Assembly: GCA_017436345.1 (NCBI GenBank)
Contig: JAFSDH010000004.1
Span: 200,084-264,083, forward strand
DNA from: Bacilli bacterium
GTDB taxonomy: Bacteria; Bacillota_I; Bacilli_A; RF39; UBA660
Direction of reading: 5' to 3'
DNA length: 64,000 nucleotides
In this document: positions 47,471-56,794 of the stretch, piece after piece
Numbering within the stretch: position 1 is the first letter of the stretch
How the letters are laid out: each line of letters begins with the position of its first letter
Notes under the pieces: generated by a model
What the model was told of the DNA's origin: nothing
Databases searched by the model: none
Seen by the model: the letters and a program-made list of their open reading frames with translations, nothing else
Program-made: the position numbers and the translations under genes

Positions 47471-48229
47471 ATGTTTGATGCAAAAAAAGAAACAAAGAAA
47501 ATAGTAGAGTTTATTAGAGATTATTATAAGAAAAATAATTTAGGAGGAGCTGTCCTTGGTATTAGTGGAGGTAAAGATTCAGCTGTAGTAGTAGCATTAC
47601 TTGTTGAAGCTTTAGGAAAAGAAAATGTTTTAGGATTAACTCTTCCATGTCATTCTAAACAAAAAGATAAAGATGGAGCTAAATTAATTGCTGATTATTA
47701 TGGATTTCAATTATTAAATATTGATTTAACTCCTGTATATGATAGTTTTAAAGATCAAATTGCTTTATTAGGAGACTATACTGATGAACAATTAAAAAAT
47801 AGTGATATTAATATTAAACCAAGACTTCGCATGAGTAGTGTTTATTACATGGCTGCTTTAATGAGTGCATTAACTGGTAAAACATATTTAGTAGCAGGAA
47901 CATCTAATAAATGTGAACTATTCGTTGGATACTTTACAAAAGGTGGAGATTCAGTTCATGATATCGCTCCAATTGCTGATTTAACAGTTGATGAAGTAAT
48001 CGCTATTGGTGAAGAATTAAATGTACCAAAAGAAGTATTATATCGTACTCCAGATGATGGATTATCTAATCAAACTGATGAAGATAAATTAGGAGTAACA
48101 TATAAACAAATCGCATCATACATGGCTGGAGAAGAATTAGATGATGAAGTAAAATTAAAAATAGAAAAACTTCATAAAAATAATCTTCATAAATTTAGTA
48201 TTCCTACTTATCGTAAAGATAATAGTTAA
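47471..48229 (+). CDS. nadE: NH3-dependent NAD+ synthetase
   Basis: 252 aa. PP-loop GISGGKDSAVV. Confidence 0.9.
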   Translation: MFDAKKETKKIVEFIRDYYKKNNLGGAVLGISGGKDSAVVVALLVEALGKENVLGLTLPCHSKQKDKDGAKLIADYYGFQLLNIDLTPVYDSFKDQIALLGDYTDEQLKNSDINIKPRLRMSSVYYMAALMSALTGKTYLVAGTSNKCELFVGYFTKGGDSVHDIAPIADLTVDEVIAIGEELNVPKEVLYRTPDDGLSNQTDEDKLGVTYKQIASYMAGEELDDEVKLKIEKLHKNNLHKFSIPTYRKDNS

Positions 48230-48248
48230 AAGGCTTAAAGCCTTTTTT
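48228..48248 (+). terminator. Intrinsic terminator after nadE
   Basis: AAAGGC-ttaaa-GCCTTT, then TTT. Confidence 0.65.
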
Positions 48249-48304
48249 AATTGACAAAATCAACATCAAATGTTAGTATATATCTCGCAAACGGGGGGAT
48301 ATAA

Positions 48305-48541
48305 ATGACAAGACATAATTGTTTTGAAATGACAGGTTTAAATATTGATGCATTAGAATTAATCGCTAATACACCATCTCATCTTGTATATACAAAAATA
48401 CCAGGTGTTATATGTTTTGGTGGTAATACAATTGTTATTGATAAAGCACTAAGAAATGATGTATTTCCAATCACAGATGCACCAATTATGGAAAAAAGAC
48501 CATCATTAAGACAAAAAGTATTAAGAATGTTAAAAAAATAG
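48305..48541 (+). CDS. Hypothetical small protein
   Basis: 78 aa. SD GGGGGGA. Bracketed by two near-identical terminators. Confidence 0.5.
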   Translation: MTRHNCFEMTGLNIDALELIANTPSHLVYTKIPGVICFGGNTIVIDKALRNDVFPITDAPIMEKRPSLRQKVLRMLKK

Positions 48542-48564
48542 AAAAAGGCCAAAGCCTTTTTTTA
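48542..48564 (+). terminator. Intrinsic terminator (near-copy of 48228-48248)
   Basis: AAAAGGC-caaa-GCCTTTT, then TTT. Confidence 0.65.
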
Positions 48565-48618
48565 TTTACTTTAAAGGGATTTTATGGTAAAATATAAGCA
48601 CTTTTAAGGGGGATTATT

Positions 48619-50127
48619 ATGAGTAAAAAAGAATGCGATGTTGAATATAAAATTCATAGTTTACTATTAAAACTAAAAAAAGATAATGGTAATATATATG
48701 AACCAACTAAAAGAATTTTAAAATATTTATATAAAACAGTAAAAGAAGATTATTTTGAGCATCATATAGAATCAGAATATCGTAAAGATAAAGAAGATCG
48801 AATTAAAGTAATGATAAGCGCTGAAAAATGTTTATTTGAATATTATGTTAATGAAGAAGAAGGCGTTTTAGAAAATTTAATTGCTTTATGTAATGATGAT
48901 CGTAAATACTTTTATAAATTTTATGAAGGAATTGAAACATTCTTAGAAATGTCTGAAAATAATCTATTTTCAAATTATGGAGTATATAAATATGTTTTTA
49001 ATATGTATGCAATGTTAAAAGCCTATCAATATCATCATGATTTTGAAACTTTCAGTGTAGTTGTTGATGATTTGTCTAATTTTTTTATTGAGTCTATTTT
49101 AGATTTAAATAATTCATCCTACTCTTCAAGTATGTTTGGACTTCCTAAAAGAGAATTTGTTCATAAACAAGAATTAATTGATATTATTATGAGTTGTAAA
49201 GGTTATGAAAATAGACCGTTTCTTAGAGAAAATTTAAAAGAAGTTCTAAATAGTATTAATGAACCATATTCTGAAGGATATTTAGAAAAATATAAAGAAA
49301 TATTAAGATGTTATAAAGAACTAATTGATTTCCAAGAACAAAATCCTAAACTAGATCAAAAAAATTTTGAATCTATTGAAAATGATTTACTTAAAAATCT
49401 TGAAGCATGTAGTAAAAACTATCGTGGATATAATTATGATCGCATTGAATTCTTTAATTACTTTTTACCAATCTTGTTACAAAACAAGCGTTACGATTTT
49501 TTCAAAAATGAGTTGAATACAATTGAAGAAAATATAAAATATCGTAAAGATATTTTAAAACAAGTAGGTACTTTAGATATAGATTTCTTTGAATTTTTAA
49601 ATAAAGAACTAAAAACAGAAAATGATTCATTTATTTCAACAATTAAAGTAGTTTTTGATAGTGACACTTACTATGAATTACAAAGTAAATTAAATGATTT
49701 AAAAAAAGCAAGTAATTTATATAAAGAAAATCCACAAGAAGCCTTACAAATAATTAAAGAATTAACTACAAACAAACATAAAGAAGTAATTGATGGTATT
49801 ATGATGATTTGGCCAAGAACAAATACTGTTAATCAAATAGAAAAGCCAAAAACAATTATTGAAAGAACAATAGCACTTCACAAAAGGCTTGAGTATCCGT
49901 TAGAAGAAAAAGTATATCATGATAAAGCAAATTCTAGCTATTATCAAAATACAATCAAAGATTTCGTTAATAGTATTCAAAATGAAATAGCAAGTAATAA
50001 AAAGAAAATTATTGATGATATGAAAAAGAAAGAAGAAGAAGCAAAAGCTCAAGAACAAATTCCTGAACCACCAAAAAAACAAAAAGGTTTAGGAAGTATC
50101 TTTTCTCAATTTAAAAATAATAATTAA
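48619..50127 (+). CDS. Hypothetical large helical protein (paralog A)
   Basis: 502 aa. Shares LLKLKK, VFDSDTY-EL--KLN-LK-A, KHK, I-KP-TI--R and a C-terminal KK-KG--SIF with the next gene. Confidence 0.65.
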   Translation: MSKKECDVEYKIHSLLLKLKKDNGNIYEPTKRILKYLYKTVKEDYFEHHIESEYRKDKEDRIKVMISAEKCLFEYYVNEEEGVLENLIALCNDDRKYFYKFYEGIETFLEMSENNLFSNYGVYKYVFNMYAMLKAYQYHHDFETFSVVVDDLSNFFIESILDLNNSSYSSSMFGLPKREFVHKQELIDIIMSCKGYENRPFLRENLKEVLNSINEPYSEGYLEKYKEILRCYKELIDFQEQNPKLDQKNFESIENDLLKNLEACSKNYRGYNYDRIEFFNYFLPILLQNKRYDFFKNELNTIEENIKYRKDILKQVGTLDIDFFEFLNKELKTENDSFISTIKVVFDSDTYYELQSKLNDLKKASNLYKENPQEALQIIKELTTNKHKEVIDGIMMIWPRTNTVNQIEKPKTIIERTIALHKRLEYPLEEKVYHDKANSSYYQNTIKDFVNSIQNEIASNKKKIIDDMKKKEEEAKAQEQIPEPPKKQKGLGSIFSQFKNNN

Positions 50128-50137
50128 GAGGTAGAAT

Positions 50138-51538
50138 ATGCAAAAAAATATTGAAAATCAATTAGCAATTAATTTATTAAAATTGAAAAAAGAAAGCAAA
50201 GAAAAATATGATCAAGCATTAAATATTATTGAATTTTTATATAAAGATATAAAAGAAGATGGTATTGACAAGATTATAGATTATCATAATGCTATTTATC
50301 AAACTAGTAGACAAATTGATAAATATGAAATAGTGAGTCGATTTAATGCATTAAAAAAGGAATTGTTCAGTAAATTTATTGAAAGTGATGATGGTGTATT
50401 AGATATATTATTTGAAATGCTTAATGATGAAGATAATCGCTTCAAAGATAAATTTTTTGAAAGTGTTGAAGTGTCAATTGATATTTTGAAAAGAAAAGTA
50501 AGTTCTAGTAGTAGTAGCTATTTATATGCTTTTAATATCTATACACTATTAAAAGCATATGAACAAAATAAAGATAATTATCATAATTTTGAAAAAATAC
50601 TAGATGATGTAGTATTTCTATTTATTCCAAACGAAGAAATGACAAATATATCATATACTTCCAATTATATGGAAAAGAAAAGCTTGATAGATAGTATTGT
50701 TAAAATTGCCGATTATAAAGAGCTAAAAAGCCTTCAAAATCTTTTGAAAAAAGTTCTTAATGGTATTACTAAAAGAAATAGTGAAACAGAAGTAGCGCGC
50801 TTAAACGAAATGTTTAATATGTATCATGAATTTTATTCAGATATAAGAAAGTTAACAAGATTAGGTTATAATATCCCAGATGACCTAAAAATTGAAATAG
50901 CCGATGATATATCTCTATTAGTTCATGATGATTTATTACCAGGGATTTATCCATATTATAATGGTTCATTATTACTAGAAAATAGATATAAATATTTTAA
51001 AGAAAAAATAAGAGTTGTAAATCCACACTACCGAAAAGAAGTGTTTGAATTTATAAAAAAACTAACTCCAGGAATCTTTGAAAATAAAATAGGTGAAAAA
51101 GATTCGTTTGAAGAATATATGGACATTGTTTTTGATAGTGATACATACAAAGAATTAATGAATAAACTAAATGTATTAAAAGAAGCTCATGATAAATACG
51201 TAAGCGGTAATAAAGATACATCTTATTTATTAGATGAGTTAAGCGATAAAAGACACAAAGATAGTTTTGGAAAAATAATTATTAGTTATGAAAGTAGTAG
51301 TAATAATAAAATAGATAAACCAAATACTATTGATAAAAGAATGAAAAACTTATATAAAAAATATGATTTAGTAGGAGAAGAATTTGATTTTGATGAACAA
51401 AAAGAAAACTTGAGTTCGTTAATTAGTATTATTGATGAAGAAATTTTAAATTATGATATAAAAAAGAATAATTTAAACTTTCCAAAATCAGAATCGCAAC
51501 CAGTAAAAAAGAAGGGAAAATTCTCAATATTTGGATAA
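50138..51538 (+). CDS. Hypothetical large helical protein (paralog B)
   Basis: 466 aa. Collinear with 48619..50127. 10-nt gap with SD AGAGGTAG. Confidence 0.65.
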   Translation: MQKNIENQLAINLLKLKKESKEKYDQALNIIEFLYKDIKEDGIDKIIDYHNAIYQTSRQIDKYEIVSRFNALKKELFSKFIESDDGVLDILFEMLNDEDNRFKDKFFESVEVSIDILKRKVSSSSSSYLYAFNIYTLLKAYEQNKDNYHNFEKILDDVVFLFIPNEEMTNISYTSNYMEKKSLIDSIVKIADYKELKSLQNLLKKVLNGITKRNSETEVARLNEMFNMYHEFYSDIRKLTRLGYNIPDDLKIEIADDISLLVHDDLLPGIYPYYNGSLLLENRYKYFKEKIRVVNPHYRKEVFEFIKKLTPGIFENKIGEKDSFEEYMDIVFDSDTYKELMNKLNVLKEAHDKYVSGNKDTSYLLDELSDKRHKDSFGKIIISYESSSNNKIDKPNTIDKRMKNLYKKYDLVGEEFDFDEQKENLSSLISIIDEEILNYDIKKNNLNFPKSESQPVKKKGKFSIFG

Positions 51539-51567
51539 AAAGATAGATTTATTTCTATCTTTTTTTA
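51538..51567 (+). terminator. Intrinsic terminator after paralog B
   Basis: AGATAGA, 6-nt loop, TCTATCT, then T-run. Confidence 0.65.
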
Positions 51568-51606
51568 TTATTTTTTAATGTTTTTAACAAAATATTAAAA
51601 AGAGTA

Positions 51607-51645
51607 TTGACGTTTTATTATGTTATTAATATAATGTTAATAACA
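51607..51645 (+). promoter_or_regulatory. Promoter of the prs-nadD-pnuC-nadR operon with overlapping candidate NrtR operator
   Basis: TTGACG (51607-51612), 17 nt, TATAAT (51630-51635). Perfect inverted repeat TGTTATTAA-N7-TTAATAACA (51621-51645). Confidence 0.7.
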
Positions 51646-51663
51646 AAGGAAGAAGTGATTGGA

Positions 51664-52077
51664 ATGGAAATGAAATTTACTAAAGATGATTCAGTCAAAT
51701 TTATTGAGGAATATTATCAAAAATTTGAAAGTAGAAATATTAATGCCAAAATAAAAAGCGAAAAAACAACTTGTGGTTATGGAATGGGTGAAATGGATAC
51801 TTGCAGTACTAGTATCGTAATTGAAGAAGAAATAGAAATAATGGGAATAAAAACTAAAACAACTGAAAGATTAGGCGAAGATAAATTATTAGGAATATTT
51901 AAAGCTGTTTTAGAAGATTATGGATATGATGTAAAAAGTGCGAAGTTTGATGATGGTATAAATCATACTTGGGAAGGATGTTATATGAATGAACATCAAG
52001 TAGCTAGAGTTTATTGTAAAGGAGTAGAACTAAGTGTTCAAAAGCTAGTTAAACAAAAGTCAATTGGAGGTAAATAA
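51664..52077 (+). CDS. Hypothetical protein, first gene of the NrtR-type operon
   Basis: 137 aa from ATG 51664 (SD AAGGAAG). The track start 51607 is the TTG of the -35 box. No motif recognised. Confidence 0.55.
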   Translation: MEMKFTKDDSVKFIEEYYQKFESRNINAKIKSEKTTCGYGMGEMDTCSTSIVIEEEIEIMGIKTKTTERLGEDKLLGIFKAVLEDYGYDVKSAKFDDGINHTWEGCYMNEHQVARVYCKGVELSVQKLVKQKSIGGK

Positions 52078-52078
52078 A

Positions 52079-53149
52079 ATGAATGATTTAAGATTAATAG
52101 TACTAGATAATATTGATGAAGTAGGAAAAAGTGTTAATGAACATTTAAAGAAATTAAATAATACTAACGAAGATTATATTATTCCAATTAAAAGAGATCG
52201 TTTTTCTAATGGTGAAGGGAAAATAAGTATTAATGGGATGATTAGAGATAAAGACATATTTATCTTAAGTGATGTAGGTAATTACAATATTACTTATAAT
52301 ATGCATGGGTTTACTCATCACATGGCACCAGATGAACACTTTCAAGACATTAAAAGAGTAATATCAGCTATTAGTGGATATGCAACTAAAATAACTCTAG
52401 TAATGCCACTTTTATATGAATCAAGACAACATAAAAGAAAAGGTAAAGAATCTCTTGACTGTGCTTTAGCTCTTCAAGAATTAGAAAGACTAGGAGTAAA
52501 TCATATTGTCACATTTGATGTTCATGATCCTAATGTTGGTAATGCTATTCCTAATCTACCATTTGAAAATTTCTATGTTGCTCATGAAATTCTAAATGAT
52601 TTAATAGATAATGAAGATATAAATAATTTACTTGTAATATCTCCAGATATGGGAGCTATGGAACGTGCTCGATATTTTGCTGAAATGTTAGGAACTGATG
52701 TTGGTGTTTTCTACAAAAGAAGAGATTTATCAAAAGTAGTAAATGGTAAAAATCCAATCGTAGAACACGTTTATTTAGGAAGTGATGTTAAAGATAAAAA
52801 TGTTATTGTTGTAGATGATATGATTGCTAGTGGATCATCTATGATCGAAGTTGCTAGAGACTTAAAAGAAAAAGGAGCTAAGAAAGTTTATTTAGTATCA
52901 ACTTTTGCTCTTTTAACTGAAGGACCAGATTGTTTTATAAAAGCTCATCAAGAAGGTTTATTTGATAAACTATACTCTACAAACTTATCTTATGTATCTG
53001 ATAAAATAAAAGAAGAAAAATGGTATCATTCCGTTGACATGTCAGAGAAAACAGCTAGAATAATAAACACAATGCATAAACATGAATCTTTAAAACCCTT
53101 ATTCAATGGAAAAAAAGAAATATTAGATAAATTAGAAAGGAATAAATAA
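52079..53149 (+). CDS. prs: Divergent ribose-phosphate pyrophosphokinase (Prs) paralog
   Basis: 356 aa from ATG 52079 (SD GGAGG 52066-52070). Prs-like blocks RFSNGEGKI, VMPLLYESRQHKRKGK (vs YARQDRK), DVHDP, KRRD, VVDDMIASGSS (vs DDMIDTGGT). Confidence 0.7.
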   Translation: MNDLRLIVLDNIDEVGKSVNEHLKKLNNTNEDYIIPIKRDRFSNGEGKISINGMIRDKDIFILSDVGNYNITYNMHGFTHHMAPDEHFQDIKRVISAISGYATKITLVMPLLYESRQHKRKGKESLDCALALQELERLGVNHIVTFDVHDPNVGNAIPNLPFENFYVAHEILNDLIDNEDINNLLVISPDMGAMERARYFAEMLGTDVGVFYKRRDLSKVVNGKNPIVEHVYLGSDVKDKNVIVVDDMIASGSSMIEVARDLKEKGAKKVYLVSTFALLTEGPDCFIKAHQEGLFDKLYSTNLSYVSDKIKEEKWYHSVDMSEKTARIINTMHKHESLKPLFNGKKEILDKLERNK

Positions 53150-53150
53150 T

Positions 53151-53729
53151 ATGAAAATAGGAATTTTCGGAGGAAGTTTTAATCCCCCACATAAAATGCA
53201 TGAATCAATTGCTAAGCAACTGATAGAAAGAAAAATTATTGATAAAGTTATTTTTGTTCCAACAAGTAACTTTTATCCTAAGGCAGGATTAATCAGTGAT
53301 GAACAACGTTATGAAATGTTAAGCTTAATGATTAAAAATAAAAAAGAATATTCTGTATCAGATTATGAATTTGGAAGATTAACATATACATATCAAACTT
53401 TAGAATATTTTAAAAATGAAAATAAAGATGATGAAATATATTTCATTTGCGGAAGTGATAATCTAGAACAAATTGATACATGGAGAGAATACGAAAAAAT
53501 ATTAGGAGACTATAAATTAGTTGTTATACCTAGAAAACATAATATGATTGAACTATTAAAAAAATATGACGAATATAAAAATAATATTATAATAGCAGAA
53601 CTAGATAATAATTATTTATCTTCTACATTAGTAAGAGAATATTTAAAAGAAAAAAAATATGAAAAAGTAAAAGAATATATTAGTAATGATGTATTAGACT
53701 ATATAATTAAAAATAATCTATATCTTTAG
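53151..53729 (+). CDS. nadD: Nicotinate-nucleotide adenylyltransferase
   Basis: 192 aa. GIFGGSFNPPHKMH and SSTLVR motifs. Confidence 0.9.
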   Translation: MKIGIFGGSFNPPHKMHESIAKQLIERKIIDKVIFVPTSNFYPKAGLISDEQRYEMLSLMIKNKKEYSVSDYEFGRLTYTYQTLEYFKNENKDDEIYFICGSDNLEQIDTWREYEKILGDYKLVVIPRKHNMIELLKKYDEYKNNIIIAELDNNYLSSTLVREYLKEKKYEKVKEYISNDVLDYIIKNNLYL

Positions 53730-53738
53730 AGGTGTTAT

Positions 53739-54446
53739 ATGAAAATCAAGAAAAAGAACAAAGAAAAAAATGCATTTAGAAAAATATTAAACAAGTTTAC
53801 TTATTTTGAATGGGGAATGGTTTTAGCTGTAATAGGTTTTACATTATATTTTTCTATTATTGATACTACTAATACGGTTTTGTATTTAATTATTGATGCG
53901 ATAGCAGCAATAAGTGGAATCTTATGTGTAGTACTATGTGCTAAAGGAAAAAAATCTCAATATATATGGGGACTTATTAATGTAATTGGATATGTAATAA
54001 TAGCATTTATTAATAAATATTATGGAGAAGTAATGTTAAATGCTTTATATTATTTACCATCTCAATTTATTGGATATTATCTATGGAATAAGCATACAAA
54101 CATTGAAACAGAAAATGTAGAAGGAAACAAATTAAATTTAACTAAATCTATTTTATTAGTAATAGTTTGTACAATCGGAATTTTATTATATAAATTAGTA
54201 TTAGACTTATTAGGAGGACAAGGAACGCTTCTAGATAGTGCATCTACTACAATTAGTATTTTTGCTAATTTACTTATGATGTTAAGATATAGAGAACAAT
54301 GGTTATTATGGATTATTATTGATTTTATAACTGTAGTAATGTGGATCTTAGCAAAAGACTTTATTATGGTAACTATGTGGAGTGTATATTTAATAAATGC
54401 ATTCTATGGATATTATAACTGGACTAAAATCTCAAAGGAGAGATAA
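53739..54446 (+). CDS. pnuC: Nicotinamide riboside transporter PnuC
   Basis: 235 aa, about 7 TM. YIWGLINVIGYVIIAFINKYYGE...QFIGYYLW and WSVYLINAFYGYYNW Trp-rich repeats typical of PnuC. Adjacent to nadR. Confidence 0.8.
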   Translation: MKIKKKNKEKNAFRKILNKFTYFEWGMVLAVIGFTLYFSIIDTTNTVLYLIIDAIAAISGILCVVLCAKGKKSQYIWGLINVIGYVIIAFINKYYGEVMLNALYYLPSQFIGYYLWNKHTNIETENVEGNKLNLTKSILLVIVCTIGILLYKLVLDLLGGQGTLLDSASTTISIFANLLMMLRYREQWLLWIIIDFITVVMWILAKDFIMVTMWSVYLINAFYGYYNWTKISKER

Positions 54447-54448
54447 TT

Positions 54449-55459
54449 ATGAAAAAAATTGGAATGTATGGGGGAAGTTTCAATCCTCTACACTTAGGAC
54501 ATGTAAATGATATTATTGAAGCAGCTAACCAATGTGAAAAATTATATGTTGTATTAAGTAATACTAATGATCCTAAGGAAATAGATCATCGTGAAAGATT
54601 AATGTGGCTTAAAAATGTAACAGCTGATATGGAAAATGTCGAAGTATTTGAAATTTTTGATCGCAATACATCAAAAGATACTTATGATTGGAATTTAGGA
54701 GCTCAAGATATAAAAAACTATATAAACGCGCCAATTGATGTTGTTTTTTCTGGAGATGATTATCAAGGAAGAAATATTTGGGAAACTCTATATCCTGAAA
54801 GTGAAATAGTTTATTTCCCTAGAGAAGAAATAAACATCTCATCTACTCAAATAAGAGAAGATCCATTTAAGTATTATGATTACTTGCCAAAGATTGTTCA
54901 AAAACACTATATAAAAAAAGTATGTGTATTAGGAACTGAAAGTTGTGGTAAATCCACACTAGTTAGAAATTTATCTAAATATTTTAATACAACATTTGTA
55001 GAAGAGGCCGGAAGATTTATTTGTGATGAAGCAGGTGGTATTGATAATATGCAAAAGTATCATTATTTTGAAATTCTTTTTAAGCATAAGCAACTAGAGA
55101 AAGACGCATTAGATCAAGCTAATAGAGTTTTATTAATTGATACTGATTCGTTAATAACTTTATATTATTATCAATTAGGTTTTGGTAATGAAACCAAAAC
55201 AGATCAAGACTTTGAAAAAATCGCAACATCTATTTCACATCTAAATGATTATGACCTATATATTTTCTTAGAACCAGATGTTAAATGGGTTCAAGATGGT
55301 ACAAGAACATATGGTGATGATGCTATAAGAAAAGAAAATAATAATAAATTAAAACAAATTTTAGATGCAAATGGTATAAAATATGTTAGTATAGAAGGTA
55401 CTTATCAAGAAAGATATCAAAAAAGTAAAGAAAAAGTAAAACAATTAATTGGGAGGTAA
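54449..55459 (+). CDS. nadR: Bifunctional NMN adenylyltransferase / ribosylnicotinamide kinase (NadR type, no HTH domain)
   Basis: 336 aa. GMYGGSFNPLHLGH at residue 5. Kinase P-loop GTESCGKST. Confidence 0.85.
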   Translation: MKKIGMYGGSFNPLHLGHVNDIIEAANQCEKLYVVLSNTNDPKEIDHRERLMWLKNVTADMENVEVFEIFDRNTSKDTYDWNLGAQDIKNYINAPIDVVFSGDDYQGRNIWETLYPESEIVYFPREEINISSTQIREDPFKYYDYLPKIVQKHYIKKVCVLGTESCGKSTLVRNLSKYFNTTFVEEAGRFICDEAGGIDNMQKYHYFEILFKHKQLEKDALDQANRVLLIDTDSLITLYYYQLGFGNETKTDQDFEKIATSISHLNDYDLYIFLEPDVKWVQDGTRTYGDDAIRKENNNKLKQILDANGIKYVSIEGTYQERYQKSKEKVKQLIGR

Positions 55460-55462
55460 TTT

Positions 55463-55864
55463 ATGTTTAGTGAAAAAGAATTAAATGAATTCGTAAATAG
55501 AATGTTTGAAAATGCTTCAACTAATAATAGTGATGCTAAAGAAGGATTACAAACATTTAGAAAGTATTTAGAAACAACAAAAATGTGTTCTAATGAATAC
55601 TTAAAAAAGCTAGATAAAATAATTGAATGTAGTAGTGAATTAATCGCATTAAAATCAAAAATAGGAACATTAGATGTAACAAGTATTATTAAAACTGAAC
55701 CTGAAAAAACACCAAGACAAAAACCAAGACAAAAGTCACTTGGAACATATCAACCATCAAGTTCTTGTATGAATTCCACTTCATCAAGTAGTCGTTGTGG
55801 TAATTCTTCATCATCATACTCAGATAGTTGTGGTGGAGGAAGTAGTTATACTAATCGCTGCTAA
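55463..55864 (+). CDS. Small protein with Ser/Cys-rich C-terminal tail (candidate radical-SAM substrate peptide)
   Basis: 133 aa. Helical N-terminal ~95 aa. The last 36 aa are PSSSCMNSTSSSSRCGNSSSSYSDSCGGGSSYTNRC. The SD GGGAGG lies in the last codons of nadR. The stop overlaps the next ATG (TAATG). Confidence 0.65.
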   Translation: MFSEKELNEFVNRMFENASTNNSDAKEGLQTFRKYLETTKMCSNEYLKKLDKIIECSSELIALKSKIGTLDVTSIIKTEPEKTPRQKPRQKSLGTYQPSSSCMNSTSSSSRCGNSSSSYSDSCGGGSSYTNRC

Positions 55865-56784
55865 TGAAAAATATAGAAATTTTTGGTCAAGAAATATTAG
55901 TAAAAGATTCTCTTTGTGGACCAAGTCCTGAAGCAAGATGGGAAGTAGAACCTAACTTAAGACTATATATAAAAGTAACTGATAGCTGCAATGCTAAATG
56001 TGCTTTTTGTGCTAATGGTACTTGTAAAGATTTTGGAAGTATAGATTTTCAAAAGTTAGAATTTGTAATTAGATATTTAAAAGATAATAATCGTCTTCAT
56101 AGTATTGCTTTAACTGGTGGCGAACCAATGATTAATCCAGATAAAGTTAATGATATGTTAAACTTAATTTGGAGTATTGATGAAAATATCGAAGTACAAA
56201 TATCTACTAATGGTCTAAACCTAAGGGAAATAGCTGGTTTTGATAATCCTAATAATTTAGAAAGTATCCATATTTCTAGACATCATTATGATGATAAAAC
56301 AAATATAGAAATATTTAAAACTGATACTATCGCAACAACTGATGATATAATGTTCTTACAAGATGCACTTAGTAATAAAAAAATAATAAATATAAATACA
56401 ATAGTAATGAAAGATTACATTGAAGATCTAGAAGGTATAAAAAGGATGTTAGATTATGTTGGAGAAACAGGAGTATATAAAAATGGCTTTGTTTCTTTAA
56501 TGAAATGTAATGATTATGCTAAAGATCATTTTATAAACTTTAATGATATATTTAACAATTTAGATAACAACTTTTTACTAGCTAAACGTTTTTTTGCAGG
56601 TGAATATTGTGAGTGTATAGATGGGGTTTATACTTCTAAAAATGCTAAATTAGTAGAATTTTATGCTAGAATGGTCAAAGATTGTTCCTGTCCATATACA
56701 ACACAATTAGTATATACTTCAGATAATAAAGTAACTGCAGGGTTTGGTAAAAAAGTATTATTAAAAGATTTTCCAAAAAAATAG
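55864..56784 (+). CDS. Radical SAM enzyme (small MoaA/maturase-like)
   Basis: 306 aa. LYIKVTDSCNAKCAFC (CX3CX2C), ALTGGEPM, and a C-terminal Cys pairs CEC...CSC. Confidence 0.85.
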   Translation: MKNIEIFGQEILVKDSLCGPSPEARWEVEPNLRLYIKVTDSCNAKCAFCANGTCKDFGSIDFQKLEFVIRYLKDNNRLHSIALTGGEPMINPDKVNDMLNLIWSIDENIEVQISTNGLNLREIAGFDNPNNLESIHISRHHYDDKTNIEIFKTDTIATTDDIMFLQDALSNKKIININTIVMKDYIEDLEGIKRMLDYVGETGVYKNGFVSLMKCNDYAKDHFINFNDIFNNLDNNFLLAKRFFAGEYCECIDGVYTSKNAKLVEFYARMVKDCSCPYTTQLVYTSDNKVTAGFGKKVLLKDFPKK

Positions 56785-56794
56785 AGGTGATATA

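Noticed and set aside
51607-51663. Track start codon TTG 51607 for the first gene of the second NAD operon.
   Set aside because: That TTG is the first half of the -35 hexamer TTGACG, and the stretch contains the -10 element and the operator. The real start is ATG 51664 after an SD.
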